This document shows, one piece after another, positions 8,240-18,681 of a stretch of 64,000 nt of DNA. Position 1 is the first letter of the stretch. Every line of letters begins with the position of its first letter. A model generated the notes under the pieces. The model was not told the DNA's origin. It worked only from the letters and a program-made list of their open reading frames with translations, and searched no databases. Both the position numbers and the translations under genes were made by a program. Source of the stretch: an uncultured Acidobacteriaceae bacterium (GTDB taxonomy: Bacteria > Acidobacteriota > Terriglobia > Acidiferrales > UBA7541); the NCBI GenBank assembly GCA_964600355.1, contig CAZRKW010000001.1:1856-65855 (forward strand). The letters run 5' to 3'.

Positions 8240-10165
8240 TTGTGCGGAATTGCAGGCTTCACGCGTAAAAACTGGGCGCCCGGCCCCGGCCGCATCCAAA
8301 GCGCCGTCGCCTCCATCGTCCATCGCGGCCCCGACCAGCAGGGTGTGTTCGAGGGAGACCTCGTCTCGCTCGGCGCCACTCGCCTGAAAATCATCGACCT
8401 CGATACCGGCGATCAGCCGATTTTCTCCCCGGATCGCGATTCCGTCATCGTCTTCAACGGCGAGATTTACAACCATCTCGAAGTGCGCGCGGAACTGGAA
8501 GCGCGCGGCCACCGCTTCCACTCGCGTACGGACACCGAGACCGTACTGCATAGCTTTCTAGAATGGGACACCGCCTGCTTTTCCCGGCTTCGCGGGATGT
8601 TCGCAATCGCCATCTGGACCGCGTCGAAAAAGCGCCTGGTGCTTGCGCGCGACCGCATGGGCATCAAGCCGCTTTACATTGCGCGGCGCGGCGAAGATCT
8701 CCTGTTCGGCTCGGAACTCAAGACCATCTTCGTTCACCCGGAGTTCGACCGCCGTCTGGACCCTGCGTCTTTAGATTGTTATCTCGCGCTGAATTACGTG
8801 CCCTGCCCTTTCACGATGGTCGAAGGAATCGAAAAGCTTCCTCCGGGACATTTTCTCGAATGGCAGGACGGCAGAATTCGCACAGAATCCTATTGGACGC
8901 TGCCGGAACCGCGCGCAGGCAACCGGACCCTCGAATCCGCCCAGGAAGAGCTCGACTCGCTCCTGCAGAAGTCCGTGCGCGAGCATTTGCTCTCCGACGT
9001 TCCCCTCGGCGTCTGGCTTAGCGGCGGAGTGGATTCATCCACGGTGCTGCATTACGCCGCGAACGCCTCACCCTCGAAATTGAAGACGCTCTCGATCTCG
9101 TTTCGCGGCCGGACTTTTGACGAGAGCAGCTATATTCGCGAAGTCGCTTCGCAGTACGACACCGACCACGAACAGTTCGACCTCAATCCGGACGTAAATC
9201 TGCAGGATGCTGTCGAGGAATTCTCGCAGTACGCCGATGAACCCAACGCCGACGCCGGCGCTCTGCCCGTCTGGTTCCTCTCAAAGATGAGCAAGACGAA
9301 GGTCACAGTAACCTTGAGCGGCGAGGGAGCGGACGAACTTTTCGGCGGCTATCTAACCTATCGCGCCAACGTGCTGGCAAAGACCGCCCGGCGCCTACCT
9401 TCCCCGGCGCTGCGCCTGGCGCTCGCCTCCACCCGGCTCCTGCCTGTCTCGGACGAAAAGATCAGCTTCGAATATAAGGTGCGGCGCTTTCTCGAAGGCT
9501 CCTCGATGGCTCCCGAGCGCGCCCATGTGTATTGGAACGGCACTTTTTCGGACACTGGCAAGCGCGCCCTCGTGAACGCGCCACTCCCGGCCTCGCTCAA
9601 CAATATCCTCGCGGAATTGAGGCAGGCATCTTCGGCCGGCGACGATGTGGCGCCCTATCTCTGGTTCGACCAGAAATATTTCCTCCCCGACGACATCCTG
9701 AGCAAGGTCGACCGCATGAGCATGGCCCACGCCGTCGAAGTGCGCCCGCCGTTCCTCGATCATCGCATCGTGGAGTTTGCCGCCACCTTGCCGTCATCGT
9801 TCAAAATACGGGGCGCGCGCCAGAAATTCATTCTCAAAAATTTGATGGCATCGAAACTGCCGCGCTCGGTGATCCGGCGCAGCAAAGTGGGGTTCGATAT
9901 TCCCGCGCACGAATGGCTGCGAGGGCCGCTGCGCGCCCTTTTGCTGGACACGCTCGGTAGCGTAGGATCGGAGCACTCGCAATTTTTCAGGCAGAGCGGG
10001 ATCGAAGCCGCCGTGAACCGGCATCTTAACCGGCGCGAAAATCTCGGTTATCACCTTTGGGGGTTATTGGTCCTATTCCTGTGGATGAAACGATGGCGGA
10101 TTCAAACAGCGCCCCGGGCTGCTCAGTTGGGGCCGCTGGCGGAAAGCGTTCTGACGTCTACCTAG
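8240..10165 (+). CDS. asnB: Asparagine synthase (glutamine-hydrolysing) family amidotransferase
   Basis: Begins M-CGIAGF, with the class-II amidotransferase nucleophile Cys at position 2, which fixes the TTG at 8240 as the start. The SGGVDSS pyrophosphatase loop is present. AAGGGG lies 9 nt upstream of the start. Confidence 0.9.
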   Translation: MCGIAGFTRKNWAPGPGRIQSAVASIVHRGPDQQGVFEGDLVSLGATRLKIIDLDTGDQPIFSPDRDSVIVFNGEIYNHLEVRAELEARGHRFHSRTDTETVLHSFLEWDTACFSRLRGMFAIAIWTASKKRLVLARDRMGIKPLYIARRGEDLLFGSELKTIFVHPEFDRRLDPASLDCYLALNYVPCPFTMVEGIEKLPPGHFLEWQDGRIRTESYWTLPEPRAGNRTLESAQEELDSLLQKSVREHLLSDVPLGVWLSGGVDSSTVLHYAANASPSKLKTLSISFRGRTFDESSYIREVASQYDTDHEQFDLNPDVNLQDAVEEFSQYADEPNADAGALPVWFLSKMSKTKVTVTLSGEGADELFGGYLTYRANVLAKTARRLPSPALRLALASTRLLPVSDEKISFEYKVRRFLEGSSMAPERAHVYWNGTFSDTGKRALVNAPLPASLNNILAELRQASSAGDDVAPYLWFDQKYFLPDDILSKVDRMSMAHAVEVRPPFLDHRIVEFAATLPSSFKIRGARQKFILKNLMASKLPRSVIRRSKVGFDIPAHEWLRGPLRALLLDTLGSVGSEHSQFFRQSGIEAAVNRHLNRRENLGYHLWGLLVLFLWMKRWRIQTAPRAAQLGPLAESVLTST

Positions 10166-11925
10166 CCGTTCTTCTCGTTGCCAGCGCGATCTATTTAGGG
10201 TGCATCGTTTCTCCACCGTCGCTGATGGACGATGTGGATTCCGTGCAGGCGCAGATCGCGCGGAACATGCTCACCTCCGGCGACTGGGTAACCGCGCGCC
10301 TCGACGGCGTCGATTATTTTGAGAAAGCCCCCTTCGTCTACTGGGCGATGGCCGGTTCCTACAGGATTTTCGGCGTCCATGATTGGTCGGCGCGCATCCC
10401 TATTGCCCTTTCCTCGATCGCGCTCGCGTGGCTCACGGCGGCCTTCGCTGCCTGGGCTTTCGGAAAAAGGGCGGGGCTCTACGCAGGACTCTGCATCGCC
10501 ACTTGTGTCGGGCTTTTCCTGTTCACCCGGATATTGATCCCCGATGTGATGCTCACCTTCAGCATCGCCCTCGCGATGTGGGCGTTTCTTCGGGCGCTCG
10601 ACGAAGACGAGCCTCACCCGCGTTTCTGGGCCGCTATTCTCGCCGCCAGCCTCGGCCTGGGCCTGCTGCTGAAAAGCCTGGTCTCGGTGGTGTTTCCGGT
10701 GGGCGCCGGTCTCGTGTACCTGGCCCTCACGCACCAGCTCTTTTCCCTCCGCACGTGGAAGCGCCTGCGCCCCTTCAGCGGCTCGTTGATTGCGCTCCTG
10801 ATCGCGGCGCCCTGGCACATCCTGGCTACCCTTCGCAATCCTCCCTATTTCTCGTTCACGCTTCACAGCGGACCCAACCAGTACCACGGCTTTCTCTGGT
10901 TTTTCTTCATCAACGAGCAGTTGCTGCGATTCCTGAATCTGCGCTACCCGCGCGATTACAACACCGTTCCGCGCTTCCTTTTCTGGACGCTGCATCTCGT
11001 CTGGCTGTTTCCCTGGAGCGTTTACTTCCCCGCCGTCGCGCGTCTCTCTTTCAAGCCAGTGGACCGCGCCGGGCGCACACGCCTTCTGGCCCTTTGCTGG
11101 GCGGGATTCGTGCTCGTCTTTTTCACCTTTTCGACCACCCAGGAATACTATTCGATGCCCTTATATCCCGCCCTCGCGCTCCTGCTGGGCTCGGCCATCG
11201 CGATGGGTGGCAGCTGGGTTCGCTGGGGTACGCGCGCCTTGTCTGGCATTGCGGCTCTCGCTGCGATTGCCTGCTTTGCGCTGGTCTACCTGGTTCGCAA
11301 CGAGCTTACGCCCGGGGACATTTCTTCGGCTTTAAGCTCTCATCCCGATGTTTACACTCTTGCGCTCGGGCATATGCTCGACCTCACGCTGGCTTCGTTT
11401 GCCTATCTGCGGGTTCCGTTGCTTGTCGCGGGAATTGCGTTTCTGATTGGCTGCCTGGGGACGATGTTCGCCGAAGGCCGGCGCGCAGCCTTGGCGATCG
11501 CCCTTATGATGGTCCTGTTTTTTCACGCGGCGCGCCTCGCGATGGTCACTTTCGACCCCTTTCTTTCCTCACGCCCCTTGGCGGACGCCATCCTGAAATC
11601 GCCGCCCGGCAATCTGATTATGGGCGACCAGTACTACACCTTCTCCTCCACCATCTTTTACACCAACCGGAACGCCCTGCTCCTGAACGGGCGCTACTTC
11701 AACCTCGAATATGGGTCCAATGCGCCCGGCGCCCCTTCCGTCTTTATCGACGACTCGCAATTGAAGAACTTGTGGCTTGAGCCCACCCGGTACTACCTCG
11801 TCGCGGACCACGAGCAGCTCCCTCACTTCGACGCCCTGCTCGGACCATCGAATCTCACCACGGTAGCCTCCAGTGGCGGAAAAGCCGTGCTCACCAACCA
11901 TCCCTTGGCGACCAGCGGTGGTTGA
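10093..11925 (+). CDS. GT-C fold polyprenyl-phosphate-sugar dependent glycosyltransferase (ArnT / PMT_2, GT39/GT83-like)
   Basis: ~610 aa with more than 10 TM helices. The N-terminal signature D..DSVQAQIARNMLTSGDWV....Y.EKAPFVYW is typical of ArnT-like enzymes. The ATG at 10093 (or the TTG at 10057) must be used to include the first TM, so the gene overlaps the asnB tail by at least 73 nt. Confidence 0.75.
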   Translation: MADSNSAPGCSVGAAGGKRSDVYLAVLLVASAIYLGCIVSPPSLMDDVDSVQAQIARNMLTSGDWVTARLDGVDYFEKAPFVYWAMAGSYRIFGVHDWSARIPIALSSIALAWLTAAFAAWAFGKRAGLYAGLCIATCVGLFLFTRILIPDVMLTFSIALAMWAFLRALDEDEPHPRFWAAILAASLGLGLLLKSLVSVVFPVGAGLVYLALTHQLFSLRTWKRLRPFSGSLIALLIAAPWHILATLRNPPYFSFTLHSGPNQYHGFLWFFFINEQLLRFLNLRYPRDYNTVPRFLFWTLHLVWLFPWSVYFPAVARLSFKPVDRAGRTRLLALCWAGFVLVFFTFSTTQEYYSMPLYPALALLLGSAIAMGGSWVRWGTRALSGIAALAAIACFALVYLVRNELTPGDISSALSSHPDVYTLALGHMLDLTLASFAYLRVPLLVAGIAFLIGCLGTMFAEGRRAALAIALMMVLFFHAARLAMVTFDPFLSSRPLADAILKSPPGNLIMGDQYYTFSSTIFYTNRNALLLNGRYFNLEYGSNAPGAPSVFIDDSQLKNLWLEPTRYYLVADHEQLPHFDALLGPSNLTTVASSGGKAVLTNHPLATSGG

Positions 11926-12117
11926 AAACAATGTGCCACCGATAGAAGAGGGCTACAATCCGTGGGTAATTTCAAAAGAAGCCACGCCGATTGCCGATAC
12001 GATCACTGTAGTAATAAAAGCACATAAAACTCTTTGGAACTTTTCCCGGTTTTTGGGTTAAATCATTACTTACACTGATGTACCCGTTTGCTAACTCGGG
12101 CCATCTAAATCTCTTAG

Positions 12118-13383
<1,266 letters not shown>

Positions 13384-13465
13384 TTAACCGGACAATTTCG
13401 GCAGTGATTTTGAAAGACGGCGGGAACAAATGCTGCGTAGCTGCAGCGGATCTGCGTAAATTAAA

Positions 13466-14638
13466 TTAATCGGAAGCGTTCTGCGCGGTACCAGTGATTA
13501 CCGGGACGAGCATTCCCCCTCGTATGTGGTAATCGATTCCCTTCCAGCGGATGGTCTTACGCCCGAAGCTGGCCAGCCAGATCAGGAAAGCCGTCGCGTC
13601 CCAAAGCGGAATCAGCGGCATTTTTTTCCAGACGCCTGAATCCTTCAATCCCCGAACGCCGATCATCCAGGTCATTGCGACGCGCAGCAGGAGGTAGATT
13701 CCTAGGTACGCCGCTGCCACGGCCGCCGTTGGATGAATCGCCACTGCCAGCAGCGCCCACGGCAGTCCCCACGTAAAAATAAGCCCCAGATGCCCCCAGG
13801 GACGCATACCGCGCATCACCGTCATCCAGCGCACGCGCTTGTAGAGCAAATCGCGGAGGGACTCGAAGTCGGCCACCGCTTCCACGGTCTGCGGCAGCAG
13901 CTTCACTTCGTATCCCTGCTCGGCGATCAGCCGCCCCACCAGCAGATCGTCCGCGGGGCGCGTTTCGATCATCTGGTAGCCGCCAAAGCTGGCGAGGCTG
14001 CGCCGGGTCACCACAATCGTCTGCCCCAGCGTGAATTTGACGCCGTCCAGTTGCCACGCCACCATCACTCCGGCAAAGAAATCCGACACCATTCCGATCG
14101 ACTGCATCTTCTCCACAAAAGTGGTTTCCTTCGTGGAAACATAGAAGCAAGTCGCCGCGCCCACCTTGGGATCGCGGAACGGGCCGATCACGCTGCGCAG
14201 ATAGTCGGGCCGCACTCGCACATCGCCGTCGGTGATCACCAGCATGTCGTGGCGCGCCTCGTCCACGAGACGTACGAGTCTGGCCACCTTATCGTTGATG
14301 GCATCGCGCCCCGAGCCGTAGAGCAGGCGAATCTGCCGCTCCGGAAAATCGCTTACCAGCTTCTTCAGAACGGGAACGGCCGGGTCGTCCTCGTCCACGC
14401 AAAACAGGATCTCGTAGTCGGGATAATCCTGGCGGCAAAAACTCGCGTAATTTTCGTAAGCCTCCACGTCGAGGCCGCGAATAGGTTTCAGGCAGCTTAC
14501 CGGGGGAGTGAAATCCGTATTGCGAAGGCTTTCGTTCCGGGCCGCGGAGAAAAATCGCGCAGTGCTGTAGAGAACCAGGAAGTAGTAAATGGCTGGGATT
14601 GCGGCAATCCCAAGGAAAACTGTATCGATGGCCTTCAA
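13466..14638 (-). CDS. Lipid glycosyltransferase of the GT21 (ceramide glucosyltransferase-like) family
   Basis: N-terminal TM, then PPVSCLKPIRGLD....N..SFCRQDYPDYEILFCVDEDDPAV, which parallels the PLKG.D...N...FF..DYP.YE.L.CV motif of glucosylceramide synthases. Also ITDGDVRV (D.D) and C-terminal TM helices with R.RW. Confidence 0.8.
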   Translation of the reverse strand: MKAIDTVFLGIAAIPAIYYFLVLYSTARFFSAARNESLRNTDFTPPVSCLKPIRGLDVEAYENYASFCRQDYPDYEILFCVDEDDPAVPVLKKLVSDFPERQIRLLYGSGRDAINDKVARLVRLVDEARHDMLVITDGDVRVRPDYLRSVIGPFRDPKVGAATCFYVSTKETTFVEKMQSIGMVSDFFAGVMVAWQLDGVKFTLGQTIVVTRRSLASFGGYQMIETRPADDLLVGRLIAEQGYEVKLLPQTVEAVADFESLRDLLYKRVRWMTVMRGMRPWGHLGLIFTWGLPWALLAVAIHPTAAVAAAYLGIYLLLRVAMTWMIGVRGLKDSGVWKKMPLIPLWDATAFLIWLASFGRKTIRWKGIDYHIRGGMLVPVITGTAQNASD

Positions 14639-14819
14639 TATCCTCGCACCTCAAAAACGGTCATGAACGAATCCTGTTGCCTCGCAAGCGAGTTACAGGA
14701 ATTTGGCCGCTGCGACACCAGCCCTCGAGACGAATCGAAATAACCCCCGGGACGGTCTTTCAGTTTAATCCTTTTGAATCAAGCGTATTCCCCGTAGTCG
14801 CGCGCAGTATAACACGAAA

Positions 14820-14835
14820 CAAAAGCCGTCTTTTG
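14820..14835 (-). terminator. Weak A/U-rich hairpin downstream of the small EamA-like ORF
   Basis: On the minus strand: CAAAAG-ACGG-CTTTTG followed by TTTCGTGTT, 37 nt after the stop at 14872. The stem is only 6 bp and AT-rich. Confidence 0.3.
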
Positions 14836-14871
14836 CTATCAATTGCGCTTCGTGGTTCGTGGCGCGGTGTT

Positions 14872-15144
14872 TCAGACGATCAGGGCCCCGCAACTGATGC
14901 TGCTCACCCCAAACCACTGCAACGGCGTCACCGCCTCGTGCAGCAGAAAAAAGCTCAGCAGCGTGACCACGCCGCAGGAAACGGCCGAGGCCGGCTGCAC
15001 GAAGCTGTAGTCCGCCCACGAAAGCACCACCATGTAAGCCACGAAAAACGTCAGCAGCGCCGCAGGAGCCCAGCTGTTGAGCGCGCCCACGCTCTTCATG
15101 CCCTTCCCCACCAGCACGTTCCCGAGCGGCCCAAACAGCACCAC
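14872..15144 (-). CDS. Small (about 90-100 aa) EamA/SMR-like half-size membrane protein
   Basis: Three hydrophobic helices, ending ...FFLLHEAVTPLQWFGVSSISCGALIV like the last helices of an EamA (DMT superfamily) repeat. GTG start; the start position is uncertain. No N-terminal EamA half is found upstream in any frame. Confidence 0.4.
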   Translation of the reverse strand: MVLFGPLGNVLVGKGMKSVGALNSWAPAALLTFFVAYMVVLSWADYSFVQPASAVSCGVVTLLSFFLLHEAVTPLQWFGVSSISCGALIV

Positions 15145-15319
15145 GACGAAAAGCGGCAGGTACCTTGAAGTGAATATTCCCGGAACGGTGCATACCCGGG
15201 CTTTCGCCCATTGTTTCCTTTCTTTCCACCAATGATTTCTTCATGCCGCCGTATGCATAACAGGCCAGCCTTGTCCACCCTTGAAACCTGCCCCAGGCTA
15301 ATCTGTACGTGGTCTTTTT

Positions 15320-15352
15320 CCACAGGGATTCCACAGGGATTCCACAGGGAAA
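15320..15352. repeat. 11-bp tandem direct repeat CCACAGGGATT x3 (third copy ends AA)
   Basis: Read directly: CCACAGGGATT CCACAGGGATT CCACAGGGAAA. It lies 78-110 bp upstream of the response-regulator start at 15430. Confidence 0.9.
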
Positions 15353-15429
15353 ATTAAATCCGGGCTTGTGAATTAACCAGGCGTTGTTATACCTTCCAAA
15401 CCCCGTAACCAAAACGAAGGGAGCGCCCG

Positions 15430-15819
15430 TTGCCGGCAATTCGCATCCTCGTAGTAGATGATTACGAACACTGGCGGCGCAAAATCAGTCAGCTGCTTCA
15501 AGTACATCCAGAGTGGCAAGTCGTCTGCGAAGTGTCGGATGGATTGGAAGCCGTTCAGAAGGCCGAGGAGCTCAGGCCGGACTTGATTCTGCTAGATATC
15601 GGTCTCCCAGGACTGAATGGAATCGAAGCCGCCCGCCGGATACGACAACTCTCTCCCAACTCCAGGATCGTCTTCCTGAGCGCGGACAATTCCCAGGATG
15701 TGGTGCAGGTCGCTTTGAGCACGGGGGCTCAGGGTTGCGTTCATAAGACACGCGCCTCGAATGACCTGCTGCCTGCGATCGACGCGGTTCTGCGGGTAAA
15801 CAACTTGTCAGCGGCATAA
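15430..15819 (+). CDS. Stand-alone receiver-domain response regulator (CheY-like, no output domain)
   Basis: ILVVDD....phospho-acceptor LILLDIGLPGLNG...FLSA...K: the canonical REC motifs in 129 aa. TTG start. Confidence 0.85.
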   Translation: MPAIRILVVDDYEHWRRKISQLLQVHPEWQVVCEVSDGLEAVQKAEELRPDLILLDIGLPGLNGIEAARRIRQLSPNSRIVFLSADNSQDVVQVALSTGAQGCVHKTRASNDLLPAIDAVLRVNNLSAA

Positions 15820-16058
15820 TAAAAGGCTATAGCTTTTCTGATACCCCTGGAGCGCAAGCTCATCCCCGCCATCAGGTTTCATTCCGATCCGGTTCTTGTG
15901 AACCGCCGCGTTCGTTTTGTCGCCGGCATGCTGTTGACACACTCTCTACATTCATAACCGGGATGTACCCCCCTTCCTTGATCGGTACTCTAAAGGCCGG
16001 AAATGTGGCTATCGCTGTTGCTACCCGGTCGTACCGGGATAGCTTTTTCCCGCCTTGA

Positions 16059-17198
16059 TTGAAACCGGAGGGTGTAAACTTACGTCCCTGCTCTAGAGTA
16101 GTACTAGACTTCAGCGGAGTCCCTCGAGTGGAAAACCAGCAAGGGCAACATGCGCGGCCTGACGGCGAGCGGCTGTTCCAGAGTCTTTTTCATGCGGCTG
16201 CTATCGGGATCGCGGTGGAAGACCTGGAGGGGCGGCCCTTGTTCGCGAATCCGGCTCTTTGCTCCATGCTCGGATTCACCGAAGCGGAAATGCGAACCAA
16301 GCACTGCGTTGAGTTCTCTCCCCCCGAGGATGCCGCGAAGGATTGGGCTCTTTTTGAGCAATTACGACAGGGTTCGATAGACAACTATCGTCTGGACAAA
16401 CGCTTCTTTCGAAAAGACGGCACGCTGATCTGGGGCCGGCTCCGTATTTCTCTGATGAAGGATGCCGCCGGTTCATCTCCGCTGGTAGTCGCCGTAGTGG
16501 AGGACATCACGGAGAAAAAAGCGTCAGAAGAAAAGCTCCAACACCTGGCGAGCCGTCTTATCGAGGTGCAGGAGGAGGAGCGGCGGCGCATCGGCCGGGA
16601 GCTTCATGACGACATCGGCCAGCGCCTATCCCTGTTTGTAATGGAACTGGAGGAACTCCATTCCTCTCTTGCTGAGACCGGACGAAACAACCAAAGTCTG
16701 CTCGCGTGGGAACTGCACGGGAGGGCCAAAGCGCTTGCAACCGATATCCAGAATCTTTCCCATGATCTGCACTCCTCAAAACTTGAATATCTGGGTTTGG
16801 ATGCCGCTCTACGAAGTCTTTGCAAGAAAATCTCCAGGCAGCAAAACATCCCAATAACCTTTCACGCCGAGGAGTTGCCTGCGAACTCGCCATCTGACCT
16901 GAAGCTCTGTGTTTTCCGCGTCGCACAGGAAGCGCTGAATAATGTGGTCAAGCATAGTCATACTCCCGAGGTTTTCGTCGAGCTGACCCACGTTGACGAC
17001 GCGATCGTTCTGAAGGTCAGAGACGTGGGTGTGGGTTTTGATCCCTCGGCTTCTCACCAAGGGATCGGGTTATCCACCATGCGAGAGCGTCTCCGGATGT
17101 TTGGAGGAGAGCTATTCGTGGAATCTATGTCCGGAACAGGAACCACGATTATCGCTAAGGTAAAGCTGGAGAAGTCCCAAGCGGCCACGACAGGGTAA
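16059..17198 (+). CDS. PAS-domain sensor histidine kinase (HisKA_3 / NarX-DegS type), cytoplasmic
   Basis: PAS region (FANPALCSMLGFTEAEM...DGTLIWG), the H-box ELHDDIGQRLS typical of HisKA_3, the N-box EALNNVVKHS and G-box DVGVGF. No TM segments. The start (TTG at 16059) is approximate. Confidence 0.85.
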   Translation: MKPEGVNLRPCSRVVLDFSGVPRVENQQGQHARPDGERLFQSLFHAAAIGIAVEDLEGRPLFANPALCSMLGFTEAEMRTKHCVEFSPPEDAAKDWALFEQLRQGSIDNYRLDKRFFRKDGTLIWGRLRISLMKDAAGSSPLVVAVVEDITEKKASEEKLQHLASRLIEVQEEERRRIGRELHDDIGQRLSLFVMELEELHSSLAETGRNNQSLLAWELHGRAKALATDIQNLSHDLHSSKLEYLGLDAALRSLCKKISRQQNIPITFHAEELPANSPSDLKLCVFRVAQEALNNVVKHSHTPEVFVELTHVDDAIVLKVRDVGVGFDPSASHQGIGLSTMRERLRMFGGELFVESMSGTGTTIIAKVKLEKSQAATTG

Positions 17199-17264
17199 AC
17201 CTTTCGCTGCTGACGGCCGGTCAACGTCGCATAGAACCTGTAAGGTTTTCGTCATCACGATTCG

Positions 17265-18440
17265 TCATAATGTTCGTCCGGCGGCTACAGCGGAGGCCCA
17301 GGCCCACTGGAAATTGTGGCCGCCAAGATGCCCCGTCACATCGACCACCTCGCCCACGAAGAACAAACCCTTCACCTTCCTGCTCTCCATCGTCTTGCTG
17401 GAGAGTTCATCGGTGTCCACACCGCCAGCCGTCACCTCGGCTTTTTCATAGCCCTCGGTACCCGCCGGGGTAAGCTTCCATTCATGGGCTTGGCTCTCGA
17501 GTTCCGCCAGCCCCTGGTTCGACCAGTCGGATGACGCATGCAGATCGAGCCAGCGCGTTGCCAATCGCTTCGGCAAAAACCGCTGAAACACAGAGCGAGC
17601 TCCCGCCATGTTTCTCACATCCCCTTCCCGAAGCGCCCCTGCCACTTCAAAACCGGGAGCCAAATCAATTTCGATGGGCTGGCTCTTCTTCCAATACGAT
17701 GAAATCTGCAGGATCGCCGGCCCGCTCAAGCCCCTGTGTGTGACGAGCATCTTCTCGCGAAAGGACTGGCGGCCGGTCGCTACGATCACCTCCGCCGACA
17801 CTCCCGCCAGATCGCAATAGCGCGCCCGGTCTCTTGAATCGAGAAGCAGCGGCGTGAGCGCCGGCCTGGTCGGCTCTATCTTCAGGCCGAATTGCCGCGC
17901 CAGATCGTAGCCGAAAGCGGTGGCGCCCATCTTCGGAATGGAAAGCCCGCCCGTCGCCACCACGAGCGCCGGAGCCTGGAACTCACCCGGGCCGTTGGGA
18001 CTTTCCGTGCAAGCAATAAAGCCCGCGGCCTGCCGCACCTCGCGAATTCTACTGTTGAGAAACACCTTTACCCCGCCCGCCCGGCATTCCGCTTCGAGCA
18101 TGTCGGTAATGTCTGTAGCCGCACGGTCGCAAAAGAGCTGTCCGAGGGTTTTCTCGTGATAGGGGATGCGATGCTTTTCCACCAGGGCGATGAAATCCGA
18201 AGGCGTATACCGGGCCAGCGCCGACTTCGCAAAGTGCGGGTTGGCCGAGATGAAATGTTCGGGCCCGCAATGGATGTTCGTGAAATTGCAGCGCCCGCCG
18301 CCGGAGATCAGTATTTTCTTGCCGGGCCGGTCCGCATGCTCGATGACGGCCACGCGGCGTCCGCGCTTCCCAGCCTCTGCCGCGCACATCAGCCCCGCGG
18401 CCCCGGCGCCAATGACCAGCACATCGAACGTTTGACCCAT
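17265..18440 (-). CDS. HI0933/YhiN (BaiN-like) family NAD(P)/FAD-dependent oxidoreductase
   Basis: The N-terminal dinucleotide fold VLVIGAGAAGLMCA and the family hallmark ISGGGRCNFTN. The length of 391 aa is typical. Confidence 0.85.
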   Translation of the reverse strand: MGQTFDVLVIGAGAAGLMCAAEAGKRGRRVAVIEHADRPGKKILISGGGRCNFTNIHCGPEHFISANPHFAKSALARYTPSDFIALVEKHRIPYHEKTLGQLFCDRAATDITDMLEAECRAGGVKVFLNSRIREVRQAAGFIACTESPNGPGEFQAPALVVATGGLSIPKMGATAFGYDLARQFGLKIEPTRPALTPLLLDSRDRARYCDLAGVSAEVIVATGRQSFREKMLVTHRGLSGPAILQISSYWKKSQPIEIDLAPGFEVAGALREGDVRNMAGARSVFQRFLPKRLATRWLDLHASSDWSNQGLAELESQAHEWKLTPAGTEGYEKAEVTAGGVDTDELSSKTMESRKVKGLFFVGEVVDVTGHLGGHNFQWAWASAVAAGRTL

Positions 18441-18465
18441 CTCAGCATTCTGCGTTGGTCACCAC

Positions 18466-18504
18466 AAACGAGCAAATGAAACGAGCAAATGCAGCGAGCA
18501 AACC
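18466..18504. repeat. 13-bp tandem repeat AAACGAGCAAATG x2 plus a degenerate third copy
   Basis: 18466-18478 and 18479-18491 are identical. 18492-18504 (CAGCGAGCAAACC) matches 9/13, and AACGAGC recurs at 18513. It lies in the divergent intergenic region between the oxidoreductase and acyltransferase genes. Confidence 0.85.
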
Positions 18505-18681
18505 GGCAGATTCAACGAGCGAGGTCGCCTCAAAACAATCGCCAGTGGCGGCAACCAAGCGAAGCGATTTGCCGGCGTTTCCACCACCGACCTCGGCTAT
18601 CATTGCAACTGTCGTCTTCAGCGATATCCGGCGTCGATCGTAGCGGCGTTCTGCCGCTGGTTCACGTTTCTTAGAGGAGCG

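Noticed and set aside
13733-14743. 336-aa plus-strand ORF
   Set aside because: Antisense to the GT21 glycosyltransferase gene, with a His/Arg/Gln-rich translation. Rejected as a shadow ORF.
14765-15439. 224-aa minus-strand ORF spanning the small EamA-like ORF and the 11-bp repeat region
   Set aside because: It is in a different frame from the membrane-protein-like ORF. The translation is Gly/Arg/Ala-rich and runs through the tandem repeat and the promoter region of the response regulator. No motifs.
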